From positions 3,278 through 67,277 of IMG/VR virus record IMGVR_UViG_3300003690_000011: a stretch of DNA of 64,000 bases; one strand, 5' to 3'. Position 1 is the first letter of the stretch; the number at the start of each line of letters is the position of its first letter. The translations under genes were made by a program, and so were the position numbers. The notes beneath the pieces are model-generated. The model was not told where the DNA came from. It made no database searches and saw nothing but the letters and a program-made list of their open reading frames with translations. Positions 37,431 to 48,179 of this stretch are shown here, piece by piece. This DNA is from a virus.

Positions 37431-40400
37431 TTAAGAAAAGGGCTGTGTCCTCTGTTCTAAGTAATTATTAAGAGAAGTTATCATTGCCCAATATACCCTA
37501 GCTATCACCCAATTATCATTTGTACTACTAGTTTGGTCAGCATTGTCTAGAAGCCATCTTAAAATATCTTTACTATCAGCAACTCCCCCCACCTTGGCAG
37601 GTAATAATACATTAATAAGTTCGAATGGATCAGCAACTGAACCTGTTCCATCTCTCAGATGATACAACTCATCAAATCCTGATCCTTCGTATGTATAGCC
37701 ACTAGTACATCTAATAAGTTTCCATGTTCCTGCACTAGCGTCTGGTAAAGAAGTATAAATCGCTGTAGTATCGGCTCCTGAGGCGCTATGATGTCCCCAT
37801 GCATAACCATTCGCACTCACACTCATGCCTCTACGTCTCTGCACAGGCAAATTAGGATTACCAGAAACGCCTACGGCAGCAGTCGTAGTCAGCGTCACTG
37901 AGCCATCAGAACCCAATGTATATTTACCAACTTTACCAGTGTAAGTTCCCATACCAGCATCATTAATAACCCCATCAACATCAAATGGGTCTAAACGATG
38001 CAGTGGGATAGTTCCTGATGCTACTGAATTTCCTAAAGGTCTAAAAGACTCTGCAAAACTAAAGTTCTTTGCAGTCTTTCCTTCCCCAGATAATACGGAT
38101 AAGAATGATGTTCCTTCGTATCTTTGAGGTTGTTGAGGAGTATTAGGTATAAGATCCTTGTTAACTCCTGCAATTTCTGCTATAGTAGCATAAATATCAA
38201 TAGCATCAACAAAAGCCAGCGAACTACCTCCTGGATCAGCCAAGAATGGAGCTTTTACGATTAGGGGAACTCTTGTCCCCCGTTCATAAACTGAATCCTT
38301 GAAACCCCGACTACTATCTCCCTCTCCTCCTCTTCTCTCAGGTAAATAAGTAGTGCCAGTATTGTGCTTATTACCTCCATACAATAATTTAGTATAAATT
38401 GGCCCCATTCCGCTAGTAGTGTTACCTACTTCCCCTCCTGAGATAGAAGAAACATAAGTATTCATTTTTGCTAAAATACTTGGATCTGCTCCATTATCCC
38501 CCATGAAGATAAATATAGTTCTATCCTTTCTACCTTCGTCAATAGATGATAAGAAAGAACTTAACATCCAATCCATATCCTCAATTTGGGCGTTAACATT
38601 AAAGCATGTACTACTACTATCAGCCAAATTCTTCTGATCTGGACTAACATCTGCTGTGGGGAGAGCGTCTATTCGAGCTTGGTAATGCATGGAAGAATAA
38701 AAAGCCTCAGCAGGAGAGGTGCCCCACCCCTCCATACCCCACCCATAAGTAGTTCCTGATGGAGTCATGGTTTGGGGGGCATGAGGAGCATTCATAGCCA
38801 TATATAAGAAAAACGGTTCCTCTAAATTATTAAAGGAATCGACTGCTTCCACTATGGTCTTATGAGTAGCATAGGAAGAAGCGTCCCCCTGAGCATAAGG
38901 TACACGGAGAGACGTATCTACAGCACCTCCTGCTACTGTAGTTCCAGAAATAGATTCACTAAATGTGGTATATCCAGTATCTGAAACAGTAATAACCTCT
39001 CCATTTTTATTCATAAAATAGTTAACATACCCACTATTAACATCTGATAGTGAATAATCTGCATCCCAGGCTCCAGCACCTGTATTACTAATAAAATCAT
39101 TATGACCAGGAGCAGGAGGTTTATTCAAATTCCAGAACATAGCCCTATAATCATCCCACTTTCCTACCTTACTAATATGATCCCACCCCGCACCAGAAGC
39201 ATTTCTATTAGGATGTCCTGCTGTAGTTGGACTTTCATTATAGGAAGCTATACTACTCCACTCCCCTAGATGCCATTTACCCACCATACCACTCTTGTAA
39301 CCTTTAGCCCTGATAGCTTCAGGTAGAATCTTAAAATTGACTCCCGATGCCCAAGAAGACTTTGCACCATCTGTAGCTGTTACAATATCTTCTAGTAATC
39401 GCACATTTCCATTCACATCATAAATCGGATATTGAGTTCCTAGCCCATTAAGACCTCCAGAGGTTTTTTCAAATTTTAAAGTTCCTACACCACCAATGCC
39501 ATGTCCCCAATAACCACGGCTACCATCTTTATGTAAATAGTTAGGACTACTAAATGCTTGCTTGCCCGTCATAATAGCGGCTCTACTAGGGGAACATAAA
39601 GGTTGTGCATGAGCATTAAAGAAAGTAAGACCCTCTGAAGCTATACTACTCAAAGTAGGTGTATAAGGATAAATATTAATTCCATTAGTAGGATCATCTA
39701 ACGTACTAAACGGAGTAGAAGGAGAGGGCAATTCATAAGGATTCTCAGAGTCATAGACTGATAACTGGTCTATACCTAAATCATCCATAAATACTAGAAC
39801 AACATTAAATCCTGCACCTGTAAGGTAATTTAGTTGATGTAATTTTAGATCAATACTTTGGAAAAAACCTTTTTGAGCATTATAATTTTTTTGAACTTCG
39901 TATCCTGTGAGAGGTTTTCCATAAAATTTTAAACTTCCTAAATGCCCCTTATAACTACTTTGAATTCCCCCTCTATCTCCTCCCATAAAGTTCCCATGCT
40001 CATACATTCCATCAGTATATCCCCCTCCCACTATCCAAGGAGTAAAGAATGGATTTAATCTAGGCCCATCATGCAGCGTAGTAGGTCCATCTACTGTAGT
40101 AGATGAATATTCGAAACTATTATTTTTCTTAAACGAAGGTAGACTCGGAGTAGTAAAGGGAGCAACCCCAAATACCTCACTGATAGCCGAAGTAGTTACC
40201 AAAGTCCCATCTACAAAGAATCTCATTGTATTAGTTGCAGGATCAGCAGTAATATCTACTAATATAAAGTTAGATGAAACTCCTCCAAAAGCAGTAGCAG
40301 ATAGATCAACCTTCATTTTATAGAAAGTCGCATAATCCTGACATTCATCGTTATTTATCCAGGAACAAGATGAGAAATCTCTTGACTGAGTAGGAGCAAT

Positions 40401-42557
40401 AAAGAAACTTAAAGAAGAAGTAGGTTCATTTAGTAAATTATCATTACTATACCCCGTAGAGGCGTGAGTAATACGTCTGTCTCGCGTAAATCCCATCACC
40501 ATTCCCCTTACATAACTACTTCCTTTATTATTCTCTAGGAAATCAAGGTCAAGGGGGTTTCCTACGTGATCCTGAGGAGCGGAGGCTGCACTTGCTGCGC
40601 CTACATTCTCACACCCTAGAATTACTTTTGTTAGAGCCGACGCTGTGCTACTAGCCCACCCCGCTTCCCCATCCATAATATTGGGTACATAAGCCCAAAA
40701 TTCTATAGAGAAACCGCTAGGACTATATGTTAATTCCCTAAACTCTTGTGTGTCGGGGAGTCTTCCAAAAGATCCCATAGCAGATGCGCCTGCGGTATCG
40801 GTAGATTTATTTTTAGTAATTCCCTCAAAGTAAGGAATAGCAAGTCCAAACGGAAAAACACTAGGTCTATTAGTTCCTAAAAGTTTAGCATTATTATATT
40901 GATCAGTGGTAGCACAATTAGTAACAAAATAATCAGTAGAAGATGGTGTTACTAACTTTGTTTCTAAGAAATTATAAATAGCAAACAACTGATCAGTAAC
41001 AATTTGATCAGTAAGAGATAATATACTAGCAGAGTTCGCTGCCGAAGCATTATATATAATGCTACCCTTTCCTACTTTTGGTACATGTAAATGTCTAAAG
41101 CCTATAGAAGCTGGTTTAGGGGGAGATTGAACAAAGAGAGGATTTATAGGTAACACCATCCCTGTGACCTCCCCCTGCTCAAAGATTAAAGCTTTTTGTT
41201 TCTCTAAATCTACTTGTAGATTATATTCTTCTAGATAGGAAAAATCATTGATGGGTACATGCCCTGGAAGAAAGGGTGTAGTAGCACCTGACGGTCCATA
41301 AATTTGCGGGCCTTTAAATGCTATTTCGATCTGTTTCTTTCGTCTATCAATCTTATCGTAATGATTTGCTATTTCAGAAATAATCTCTTGACGCTGATTC
41401 TGTACTATAGAAGAATCTTCTCCATAATTTTCAATATAATTAAAGAGGGCACCTGATAAATCTGATACATGTTTATCTTTTTGCTGTATAAGAACGCTCA
41501 AGAAATGGTCTACATTATAATTGGCTTGCATTCCTAAACTCTCGTCTATTCTAGAGATATCAAAAATGTTTTCTGTAAACTTATTCAGAGATTTGATAGA
41601 AACTGCGTCTCCCTTTCCCCCCAAGTTAGGGTCATAATCATAAGTCCACGCATCTCCAACAGGCACTATGCCAGAAATAGCTAAATAAATGGGATCTAGC
41701 CCTCCTGATTGAGAATCATAATATAGTCCATCCGAAGTAAGGATATATTGACCTTCAGTAGTTATAGGAGGTCCGTAAACCAGCCTAAAGACATCTTCAG
41801 CAGCCTCAATCCCCAAACCAGGGTCTTCTGGAGCGCATCGTGTGAATGTAGTTCCTGATAACGACTCATCAAATTCAGCAGAATCTAAAAAACATGGCTC
41901 TAAATTAGGATCAGCAGCCCTCTCCCCTAGAATGGCATCAATCTCATTCATTCTAGCGGTGCATTCGTTAATGAAATTGGAAGTAGCCTCAATTCGAGCT
42001 ATAGCTCCTGCATACCTAGAATTTATAAAATCTTCTTGCTCCTGAGGAGGTAAGGTATTACGTTGAGTAGCAGCATTCCCTCCCTGGAACGATTGCATAT
42101 CACTAAATTTCCCCAAACAATCTAATATTCCCCCAATTTGGGCTGAAATATTGGTATAATTGGAATAAATATCTATACCGAACTCATAAGCTGTACCTAA
42201 TACAGAGATAGCACCATTCAAGTTAGCAAGTAATTGAGAAGAATCGTTATCTATTCCAAGAAAAGAAGAGTCCGATTTAATTTTAAATGTCCCTGTCTCC
42301 GTATCAAAAGCTAATACGCCCGTATCACTCATTACACTCTTTATTAAATTACCAACGTAACCGTTAGCTTCCGCTCGACCTTCTGCAAATGAAGACTGAA
42401 TTGAAGTTAAAATTGGAGAAGGTAATAAAGACATCGCTGCCGAAGCTAAACTTAGCATACAACTAGGAAGACCGTAAGCCATTCCTAGGGCATCAAATAA
42501 CCCAGCACCACCAACTCCCTGTACCTTTAAAAAGGTAGTAAGATCAAAAGCTGCCAT
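37431..42557 (-). CDS. Baseplate-region protein with LamG-like domain and C-terminal sulfatase domain
   Basis: LamG: FSIEFW...FFVDG...GHLGSLKFYGKPL..EVQKNY. Sulfatase from about aa 917: NVVLVFMDDLG, LCSPSRAAIMTG, GYKSGMVGKWHLG, PFFLY...PHAP, IFMGDNG, K..VYERGTRVPLIV, DIYATIAE, ELYHL..DPFE..N. Confidence 0.85.
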   Translation of the reverse strand: MAAFDLTTFLKVQGVGGAGLFDALGMAYGLPSCMLSLASAAMSLLPSPILTSIQSSFAEGRAEANGYVGNLIKSVMSDTGVLAFDTETGTFKIKSDSSFLGIDNDSSQLLANLNGAISVLGTAYEFGIDIYSNYTNISAQIGGILDCLGKFSDMQSFQGGNAATQRNTLPPQEQEDFINSRYAGAIARIEATSNFINECTARMNEIDAILGERAADPNLEPCFLDSAEFDESLSGTTFTRCAPEDPGLGIEAAEDVFRLVYGPPITTEGQYILTSDGLYYDSQSGGLDPIYLAISGIVPVGDAWTYDYDPNLGGKGDAVSIKSLNKFTENIFDISRIDESLGMQANYNVDHFLSVLIQQKDKHVSDLSGALFNYIENYGEDSSIVQNQRQEIISEIANHYDKIDRRKKQIEIAFKGPQIYGPSGATTPFLPGHVPINDFSYLEEYNLQVDLEKQKALIFEQGEVTGMVLPINPLFVQSPPKPASIGFRHLHVPKVGKGSIIYNASAANSASILSLTDQIVTDQLFAIYNFLETKLVTPSSTDYFVTNCATTDQYNNAKLLGTNRPSVFPFGLAIPYFEGITKNKSTDTAGASAMGSFGRLPDTQEFRELTYSPSGFSIEFWAYVPNIMDGEAGWASSTASALTKVILGCENVGAASAASAPQDHVGNPLDLDFLENNKGSSYVRGMVMGFTRDRRITHASTGYSNDNLLNEPTSSLSFFIAPTQSRDFSSCSWINNDECQDYATFYKMKVDLSATAFGGVSSNFILVDITADPATNTMRFFVDGTLVTTSAISEVFGVAPFTTPSLPSFKKNNSFEYSSTTVDGPTTLHDGPRLNPFFTPWIVGGGYTDGMYEHGNFMGGDRGGIQSSYKGHLGSLKFYGKPLTGYEVQKNYNAQKGFFQSIDLKLHQLNYLTGAGFNVVLVFMDDLGIDQLSVYDSENPYELPSPSTPFSTLDDPTNGINIYPYTPTLSSIASEGLTFFNAHAQPLCSPSRAAIMTGKQAFSSPNYLHKDGSRGYWGHGIGGVGTLKFEKTSGGLNGLGTQYPIYDVNGNVRLLEDIVTATDGAKSSWASGVNFKILPEAIRAKGYKSGMVGKWHLGEWSSIASYNESPTTAGHPNRNASGAGWDHISKVGKWDDYRAMFWNLNKPPAPGHNDFISNTGAGAWDADYSLSDVNSGYVNYFMNKNGEVITVSDTGYTTFSESISGTTVAGGAVDTSLRVPYAQGDASSYATHKTIVEAVDSFNNLEEPFFLYMAMNAPHAPQTMTPSGTTYGWGMEGWGTSPAEAFYSSMHYQARIDALPTADVSPDQKNLADSSSTCFNVNAQIEDMDWMLSSFLSSIDEGRKDRTIFIFMGDNGADPSILAKMNTYVSSISGGEVGNTTSGMGPIYTKLLYGGNKHNTGTTYLPERRGGEGDSSRGFKDSVYERGTRVPLIVKAPFLADPGGSSLAFVDAIDIYATIAEIAGVNKDLIPNTPQQPQRYEGTSFLSVLSGEGKTAKNFSFAESFRPLGNSVASGTIPLHRLDPFDVDGVINDAGMGTYTGKVGKYTLGSDGSVTLTTTAAVGVSGNPNLPVQRRRGMSVSANGYAWGHHSASGADTTAIYTSLPDASAGTWKLIRCTSGYTYEGSGFDELYHLRDGTGSVADPFELINVLLPAKVGGVADSKDILRWLLDNADQTSSTNDNWVIARVYWAMITSLNNYLEQRTQPFS

Positions 42558-43865
42558 TTACATCACCCCCCCAGTTCCATATACAGGATAATCCGATCCT
42601 ATAGCAAATATGTTAATCCCTGGAAGCCAAGTATTGATGGGTGCGGGGGGAGCAATAGGATTGAGATTAATGGGAAATCCTATCATGGTAATTCCTCCTG
42701 GGCTAGTGAGGTTGGCAACAGCATTTATTGAACCTCCTGCGCTCAAATTTAAGTCTCCCTCGGCTCTCATATTCAAATTTCCTCCTTTTGCCACAATCTC
42801 CACATCTCCTATAGCCTCAATTTCTATCTTTCCTGATGATTTTAAGCGAATTACACAACCCCCTGTCCCATAATTAGTTATATTGGGTCTCGGGAAGGGA
42901 GGATTAGGGATACTTCCAGTACCTCTTGTTTGAAGTTGGATAACTTGCTGCGTACCTTTAATATTTAGGCAATCAAGAAAAATTCTACCAGTTCCATGTC
43001 CTCTAGCTGCATTAAAATTATCTTGTTTACTAGTATCTGTAAAAATATTAACATCTTTAAACTTACTTTGAATATTTATATTTCCATACTCTGCGTCTGA
43101 AAACAAAAGGGGAGGAGAAAACATAATAGGAGGAAACCCTAAAGGTCCGTGATCTCCTGTAGAATTGTTCATTATATTTACTTCTTTCCCATCTTGAAGT
43201 CTCATATTTACAGTACCTTGTACTGATTTAAATGTTTGATCCCCGGAACTTTCTACTCTAATTTCAGACATACTAGGAGCAAATAAAGAAGGCGTAGCCA
43301 ATCCTGCCATATGCTGATTTGCTATAGTAATTTTACTATTATTTCCACTATCTAAAGTAATAGAATCTATACCAGGGCTGTCATCTAAGGTTATAGTTTT
43401 TCCATTTGGAGAGTTTAATTCTACCTTTGTATTAATAAATGTAGCATTATCTTCTTCCGATATTAATAATCCTCCTCCTCTAGCTCCTTTTAACATACTT
43501 CTCTTAGGAACTCCTCTAGCTCTAAACATTTTAGGATCAGCCCGCTCAAAGGGATAATTACTTGTATTAACAAAAGCATTTCCTTTTAGTGGTGTTCCCG
43601 TACTTTCTCTTAAGATAGGGGCGTATGTAGATGCAAGATAATAATAAGTTAATTGTCCTTCTGGTTGACATACTAAGATCTGAGTTCCTGGTGTTGGCAT
43701 AGCAACAAAGCCCCCCTCTGTATTTGTAACAAAAGGTGAACAATAATTTACTGGTTCTTCTTTTATAGGTGTTCCATCAGTAAAAATTGTAGCATAGAAT
43801 ACCCCATCTAATGAAGGACTATACTGATCATCAACTTCTGCTAAATAAATATTTGTTCCAGCCAT
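42558..43865 (-). CDS. Central spike protein (gp5/gpV-like)
   Basis: OB-fold-like GFVAMPTPGTQILV, ITLDD, and beta-strand repeats (IEIEAIGDVEI, LNMRAEGDLNL); no lysozyme domain seen. Confidence 0.7.
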   Translation of the reverse strand: MAGTNIYLAEVDDQYSPSLDGVFYATIFTDGTPIKEEPVNYCSPFVTNTEGGFVAMPTPGTQILVCQPEGQLTYYYLASTYAPILRESTGTPLKGNAFVNTSNYPFERADPKMFRARGVPKRSMLKGARGGGLLISEEDNATFINTKVELNSPNGKTITLDDSPGIDSITLDSGNNSKITIANQHMAGLATPSLFAPSMSEIRVESSGDQTFKSVQGTVNMRLQDGKEVNIMNNSTGDHGPLGFPPIMFSPPLLFSDAEYGNINIQSKFKDVNIFTDTSKQDNFNAARGHGTGRIFLDCLNIKGTQQVIQLQTRGTGSIPNPPFPRPNITNYGTGGCVIRLKSSGKIEIEAIGDVEIVAKGGNLNMRAEGDLNLSAGGSINAVANLTSPGGITMIGFPINLNPIAPPAPINTWLPGINIFAIGSDYPVYGTGGVM

Positions 43866-43878
43866 TACGAACCTCTTT

Positions 43879-46815
43879 CTAATGTCTTCCTATACTGAGC
43901 ATCCCAGTCACCCCACCTAGGCTGGCATCGTACCCAGCTAGTGACTCGGCGTACTCGTCAGCACTCTGACCTCCTAAATCAAAAATATCTTCAGATTCAG
44001 GTAGCGGAGGCTTTCTCCAATTTCTGTGTAGTTGAAAAGTTGAACTCGCTTCTCTACTATTTATAGTATGCTTAAATCCAGTTATACGATAACCTCCACT
44101 AAAAAAGTTATTCAGTGTACCTCTCTCAGGACGAATTTGTTGAGTAATAGGAACATCTTCTGCTATAACAATACAATTAATCATTAATGTAGTAATTTTA
44201 GATAAATGACACATAGGAAGAGTTGTGATATTCATCTGATGTGCTCTTTTCATCATATCCTCCAAAAAAGATGCAAGTATTTGGGTAGGTTGTCCAGGGA
44301 GTCGTTGATTAACAACAAATAACATCTGATCTCTTTGGTCTTCTGTTAGTATTTCATATAAAGCAATAGCTCCTGTAGCAAACTGTAGTGCATCTTGATG
44401 TAAATGGGCTGCTCCTGTAGGATTAACCTGGAACATTAAATCATTCGTGAGTATTTGTTGATCCTCACTTGACAAATTAGCATAATCCATCTTTGTAATG
44501 TAAGCTAACACATCCCCCACATTATTAAAATCAAATCCGGTAAACCGCTCTTCTATTAACCCACCTACATCATCTGAAACTCTTCTTTTTACACTTTTTG
44601 CAAATGCTCCTTGTAATAAACCAAAATAAATAGGACCATATTTATAATTAAAATCTAGGATATTGGAATTTTTTACATTAAATCTAAAAATAGGTAATTC
44701 TCTCAGTTTTTCCGTGGTGTTTGTCCCCTCCTCGCCCGTGACGGGCAAGTACGCGCCTCTATCTAGCAAAGCGCCTATTTCTTTAGTAGTAAGATAATGA
44801 GGATCATATAGTCCCCCTTCGTTCCTCGTTGGATAACTCTCAAGAAGATAATTTATTGCGGAATGATAGTCTCTATCTGTAAGAATTAATTTATCTAAGG
44901 GATGAATAGGAGCAAGATCTATTTGAGCTACTGCTGCTCCACCCCCTGGTCCTTGTAACGTTCCACCAAGGGCATTCCTTAAATTTCTAATTCTAAAATC
45001 ATAAATCATCTGCTGCTCCAGTGCGCCTTGGGCCTGTTCGATTTCTGAGGCCGTAGGAGGGGGAAGAACGCCTCGGCCTGGGAAGGCGTCGGGGAAGTAC
45101 CCCCCCGGACTGACTTGAGCACCTAAAGTAGCCTCATCAGCGTCTGCTGTTAGTTTATCTTTTAATTTTTCAGCGGCTGTTATCACCGCTTGCTTATCTT
45201 TAAAACCTTGTACTGTGTTGTAGTATTGCTCTAGATCAATTTGTCCATATAAAAAATTTGTAATCAAAGCTCTATCTCCAAAAACAATAACAGGACTACC
45301 TATATCGAAATCTGCACTTCCTCCAAATAAATAATCAGCCCCCCCACTATCTCCAAATTTAGCTTTCTGCTCACTCCACAATTTTATAATATCTAAGTTA
45401 GTTTCTGCTGCATAAAATACGTCTAGTTTATAAATACTTTCTATTACTTTTTTTAATGTATCAGTAAATCCAAAAATAGCTTTAGCATTATCTGGTAGTC
45501 TTCCTGTAGCATGCTGGACTAGTTGGGCTCTGTATAGCCAATCCTCAGAAAACACTTTAAACGCTATGTCTTCGTTAGTAGGAGTAACGCCAGGAGTTAC
45601 AGAAGGATCTCCTGCTATCCACGGCATTATAACAGGACTGACTAAGGGAGTGACAACGGGAACGAGAGTAACGAGTTCGTCGCGGAAGGCTGTTCTAGCT
45701 AACTGAGTCCCGAACCGATTGAGGATATAATGAAAAGTTTTATAAAATTGTCCAAACGACCAGACATTTCCACCCCCGCCGTCTTTTCTCTCAAAACTCT
45801 TATACGCATCGTCTATAAACTCTCTACCAACATAATTAATATTAGGCAAAAGAACAATAACATTCGAATTTCCGGTAGCTTTTTGAATATAATTTCTGAT
45901 TAAATCCGTCAATATCAGATGAATATCGGCTCTGTCAACAAATTCAGCTACCTTCTCCTTACCTAATTTTTTTAGAGCAGTTAAAACTACCGATCTTTCA
46001 GCTTCAATCCCAGCCAGAGCCCCGCCCTCAGCACCCGCACCCCCCAAGCGCCCCAAAGGATCCCCCAGCGCAGTAGCCCCTACCTTCCTCTCATATATTT
46101 CATTACCATCATTCCAACTTTTAAAATCTAATTGGCCCGATTCCCCCATAACAGTATTAAGTAAGCCCCCCATATGGATATCTACTAATTCTCCATATGG
46201 CCCCCTTCTGTCCCCACTTCTAATACTCCTCACGATGGGCGCAAATTCTAGAGTTATGCGTCTAGCATCCTGAATGGTTACATCAGCATTTATTAATTTC
46301 ATAACATGCGGACCAGCCCAGTGATCTATATCTAAACCTACTCCATAAGCAAAATAGAAAAATTTATTACCATACAGCGCCCGAAGGTATTTTTTCCAAT
46401 CACCTACTTCAAAAGGAGTTAGTACGGGGGGTTCATCAATTTCACCCTCTTCTCTATGTAGAGGAGGCATATAACCCACAGCATCCCGTAAAATATTGTC
46501 ACTAAGAAATTTCTTTTCAAACTCATGGTTGGGATCAATTAAAGTGAGGGTCATTTTTTGAGAATTTGTGCCCGCCCCCAGGGAATGCTCAAATGATTCA
46601 AAATTGGGATTCCCCACATTACTAAATAACATTGCATCTTTAGCATTCCTAGTAGCTTCTAATACATTTCCACCTACTCTAGCAGTGGCTAATATTTCCT
46701 TAATTACATCCATATTAAAACATACGAGTACACTAGCAGTAGGGACAATAGATCTTTCACTAGACCTTTGTGCTGTAATTACTGTTGTCCCTAAATCTAC
46801 AGTACCTTGAACCAT
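43879..46815 (-). CDS. Baseplate hub protein (gp27-like), enlarged
   Basis: Position between the gp53-like and spike genes; C-terminal FSG.YRITGFKHTI...STF.L.R typical of hub proteins. Confidence 0.6.
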   Translation of the reverse strand: MVQGTVDLGTTVITAQRSSERSIVPTASVLVCFNMDVIKEILATARVGGNVLEATRNAKDAMLFSNVGNPNFESFEHSLGAGTNSQKMTLTLIDPNHEFEKKFLSDNILRDAVGYMPPLHREEGEIDEPPVLTPFEVGDWKKYLRALYGNKFFYFAYGVGLDIDHWAGPHVMKLINADVTIQDARRITLEFAPIVRSIRSGDRRGPYGELVDIHMGGLLNTVMGESGQLDFKSWNDGNEIYERKVGATALGDPLGRLGGAGAEGGALAGIEAERSVVLTALKKLGKEKVAEFVDRADIHLILTDLIRNYIQKATGNSNVIVLLPNINYVGREFIDDAYKSFERKDGGGGNVWSFGQFYKTFHYILNRFGTQLARTAFRDELVTLVPVVTPLVSPVIMPWIAGDPSVTPGVTPTNEDIAFKVFSEDWLYRAQLVQHATGRLPDNAKAIFGFTDTLKKVIESIYKLDVFYAAETNLDIIKLWSEQKAKFGDSGGADYLFGGSADFDIGSPVIVFGDRALITNFLYGQIDLEQYYNTVQGFKDKQAVITAAEKLKDKLTADADEATLGAQVSPGGYFPDAFPGRGVLPPPTASEIEQAQGALEQQMIYDFRIRNLRNALGGTLQGPGGGAAVAQIDLAPIHPLDKLILTDRDYHSAINYLLESYPTRNEGGLYDPHYLTTKEIGALLDRGAYLPVTGEEGTNTTEKLRELPIFRFNVKNSNILDFNYKYGPIYFGLLQGAFAKSVKRRVSDDVGGLIEERFTGFDFNNVGDVLAYITKMDYANLSSEDQQILTNDLMFQVNPTGAAHLHQDALQFATGAIALYEILTEDQRDQMLFVVNQRLPGQPTQILASFLEDMMKRAHQMNITTLPMCHLSKITTLMINCIVIAEDVPITQQIRPERGTLNNFFSGGYRITGFKHTINSREASSTFQLHRNWRKPPLPESEDIFDLGGQSADEYAESLAGYDASLGGVTGMLSIGRH

Positions 46816-46816
46816 T

Positions 46817-47122
46817 TTAAACCTTAGGAATTAAAATTCTTTCATGTATTTTAAATCCCTCAAAAGGATCTGAAATATTGTTAACCAACATTAGTAACCA
46901 CCAATTTTTAGGAGTGCCATAAAATAAATTAGAAATTAAATCAGGTCTATGCTCATATCCTAAGGGAATATATCCTACATTATACTTTGCTTGTTCATCC
47001 ATATTAAATAGATAATTATCAAAAAATTGTGTATTTACAATAGTCGTAACTTTTGCATTTCTATGTGATACTATATTGCAGTCTAACTCATATGGACCCT
47101 TATTCTTCCCTAAACTTGCCAT
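46817..47122 (-). CDS. Baseplate LysM-like protein (gp53-like)
   Basis: RPDLIS..FYG....WWLL..VNNI.DPF......ILIP. Confidence 0.85.
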   Translation of the reverse strand: MASLGKNKGPYELDCNIVSHRNAKVTTIVNTQFFDNYLFNMDEQAKYNVGYIPLGYEHRPDLISNLFYGTPKNWWLLMLVNNISDPFEGFKIHERILIPKV

Positions 47123-47125
47123 GAT

Positions 47126-48163
47126 TTATCCCCCTCCATAGCCTGGGTCCATAGACCCCGTTGAAGCTGTATCTGTTTCTCCTACAACAGATTCCCAACC
47201 TGCTAAATTATCTTTTAAAATAGCTGTATTAGGCTGAAATTTTTGAAAATCTCCCGTTCTTAATTCCTCTAATCTCATCCTTATTTCTAATCTACGAGGT
47301 AACAAAGTTTTAACATCAAACCCAAATTTTTCATCCCACTCAATACTATAGTCTAAACATACACAAGGAATATCCTGAAACATAACACCATGTCTTAATC
47401 TTATTATAGGGGGTCCATATAGAGGATTTTCAGAATTATTTACTACACTAGACCTTACTATATTAATCCAATAAATAATAAGATCAATAAATTTATATCT
47501 AGAAAGTTGGGATGCTGAATCTAGTGCTATATCCCAGGCCCGATCAAACTTCGTCATGGTCCCTACGTCTGGATCCAATAATACTGTATCCTGCTTCGCT
47601 TGTTGTACAGCCCACCCCACTTGCGCTTTTTCTACACCTTCCGTATGATATTTTCCTTCTTGTTTTGCTAAATATGTCTCAATAATATACTGTCTCTCCG
47701 CATAATTTAGATATCTTGACTGCGTTAGAACTTGTTTCGCAGAAGCCTCTACATCAGGATTATTTAAATATTTATACGCAATTTCTACCGAAGGATTTGT
47801 TAGTAAATCAGGTGTAGCTATAGGAGATCTAAATCTTTCTCGTTCGGCTGAAGGATTTTTTTGCATAAAAGTATAATCTGTTCGATTTATATTAGTATGC
47901 TCCTCTGTCAAGTGGGGTAATGTTATTTGAAATGTTAAATCTAAGCTCCGTGAATCCGCGCCCAGATAACTATACAGATTACTGGATCTTCCAATTAAGG
48001 AATATTTTTGGTAACGTGCTTTTTTCCGTTCTCTAATCTCAACATTCTCAAAAAATGGTAGTTCTACAATAAAATAATCTTCTCCTTCAATTGGATTAGG
48101 AAAGTAAAACATCAGTTTTGTGCGCTCAGGTAAAGCCCTGTCTATAATATGTCTATTTACCAT
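47126..48163 (-). CDS. Tail tube initiator (gp48/gp54-like)
   Basis: Y....LIGRS...Y.Y.G..R, PPII.L.HG, and C.DYSIEW...LPR motifs. Confidence 0.7.
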   Translation of the reverse strand: MVNRHIIDRALPERTKLMFYFPNPIEGEDYFIVELPFFENVEIRERKKARYQKYSLIGRSSNLYSYLGADSRSLDLTFQITLPHLTEEHTNINRTDYTFMQKNPSAERERFRSPIATPDLLTNPSVEIAYKYLNNPDVEASAKQVLTQSRYLNYAERQYIIETYLAKQEGKYHTEGVEKAQVGWAVQQAKQDTVLLDPDVGTMTKFDRAWDIALDSASQLSRYKFIDLIIYWINIVRSSVVNNSENPLYGPPIIRLRHGVMFQDIPCVCLDYSIEWDEKFGFDVKTLLPRRLEIRMRLEELRTGDFQKFQPNTAILKDNLAGWESVVGETDTASTGSMDPGYGGG

Positions 48164-48179
48164 AAATTATACCTTTCTC

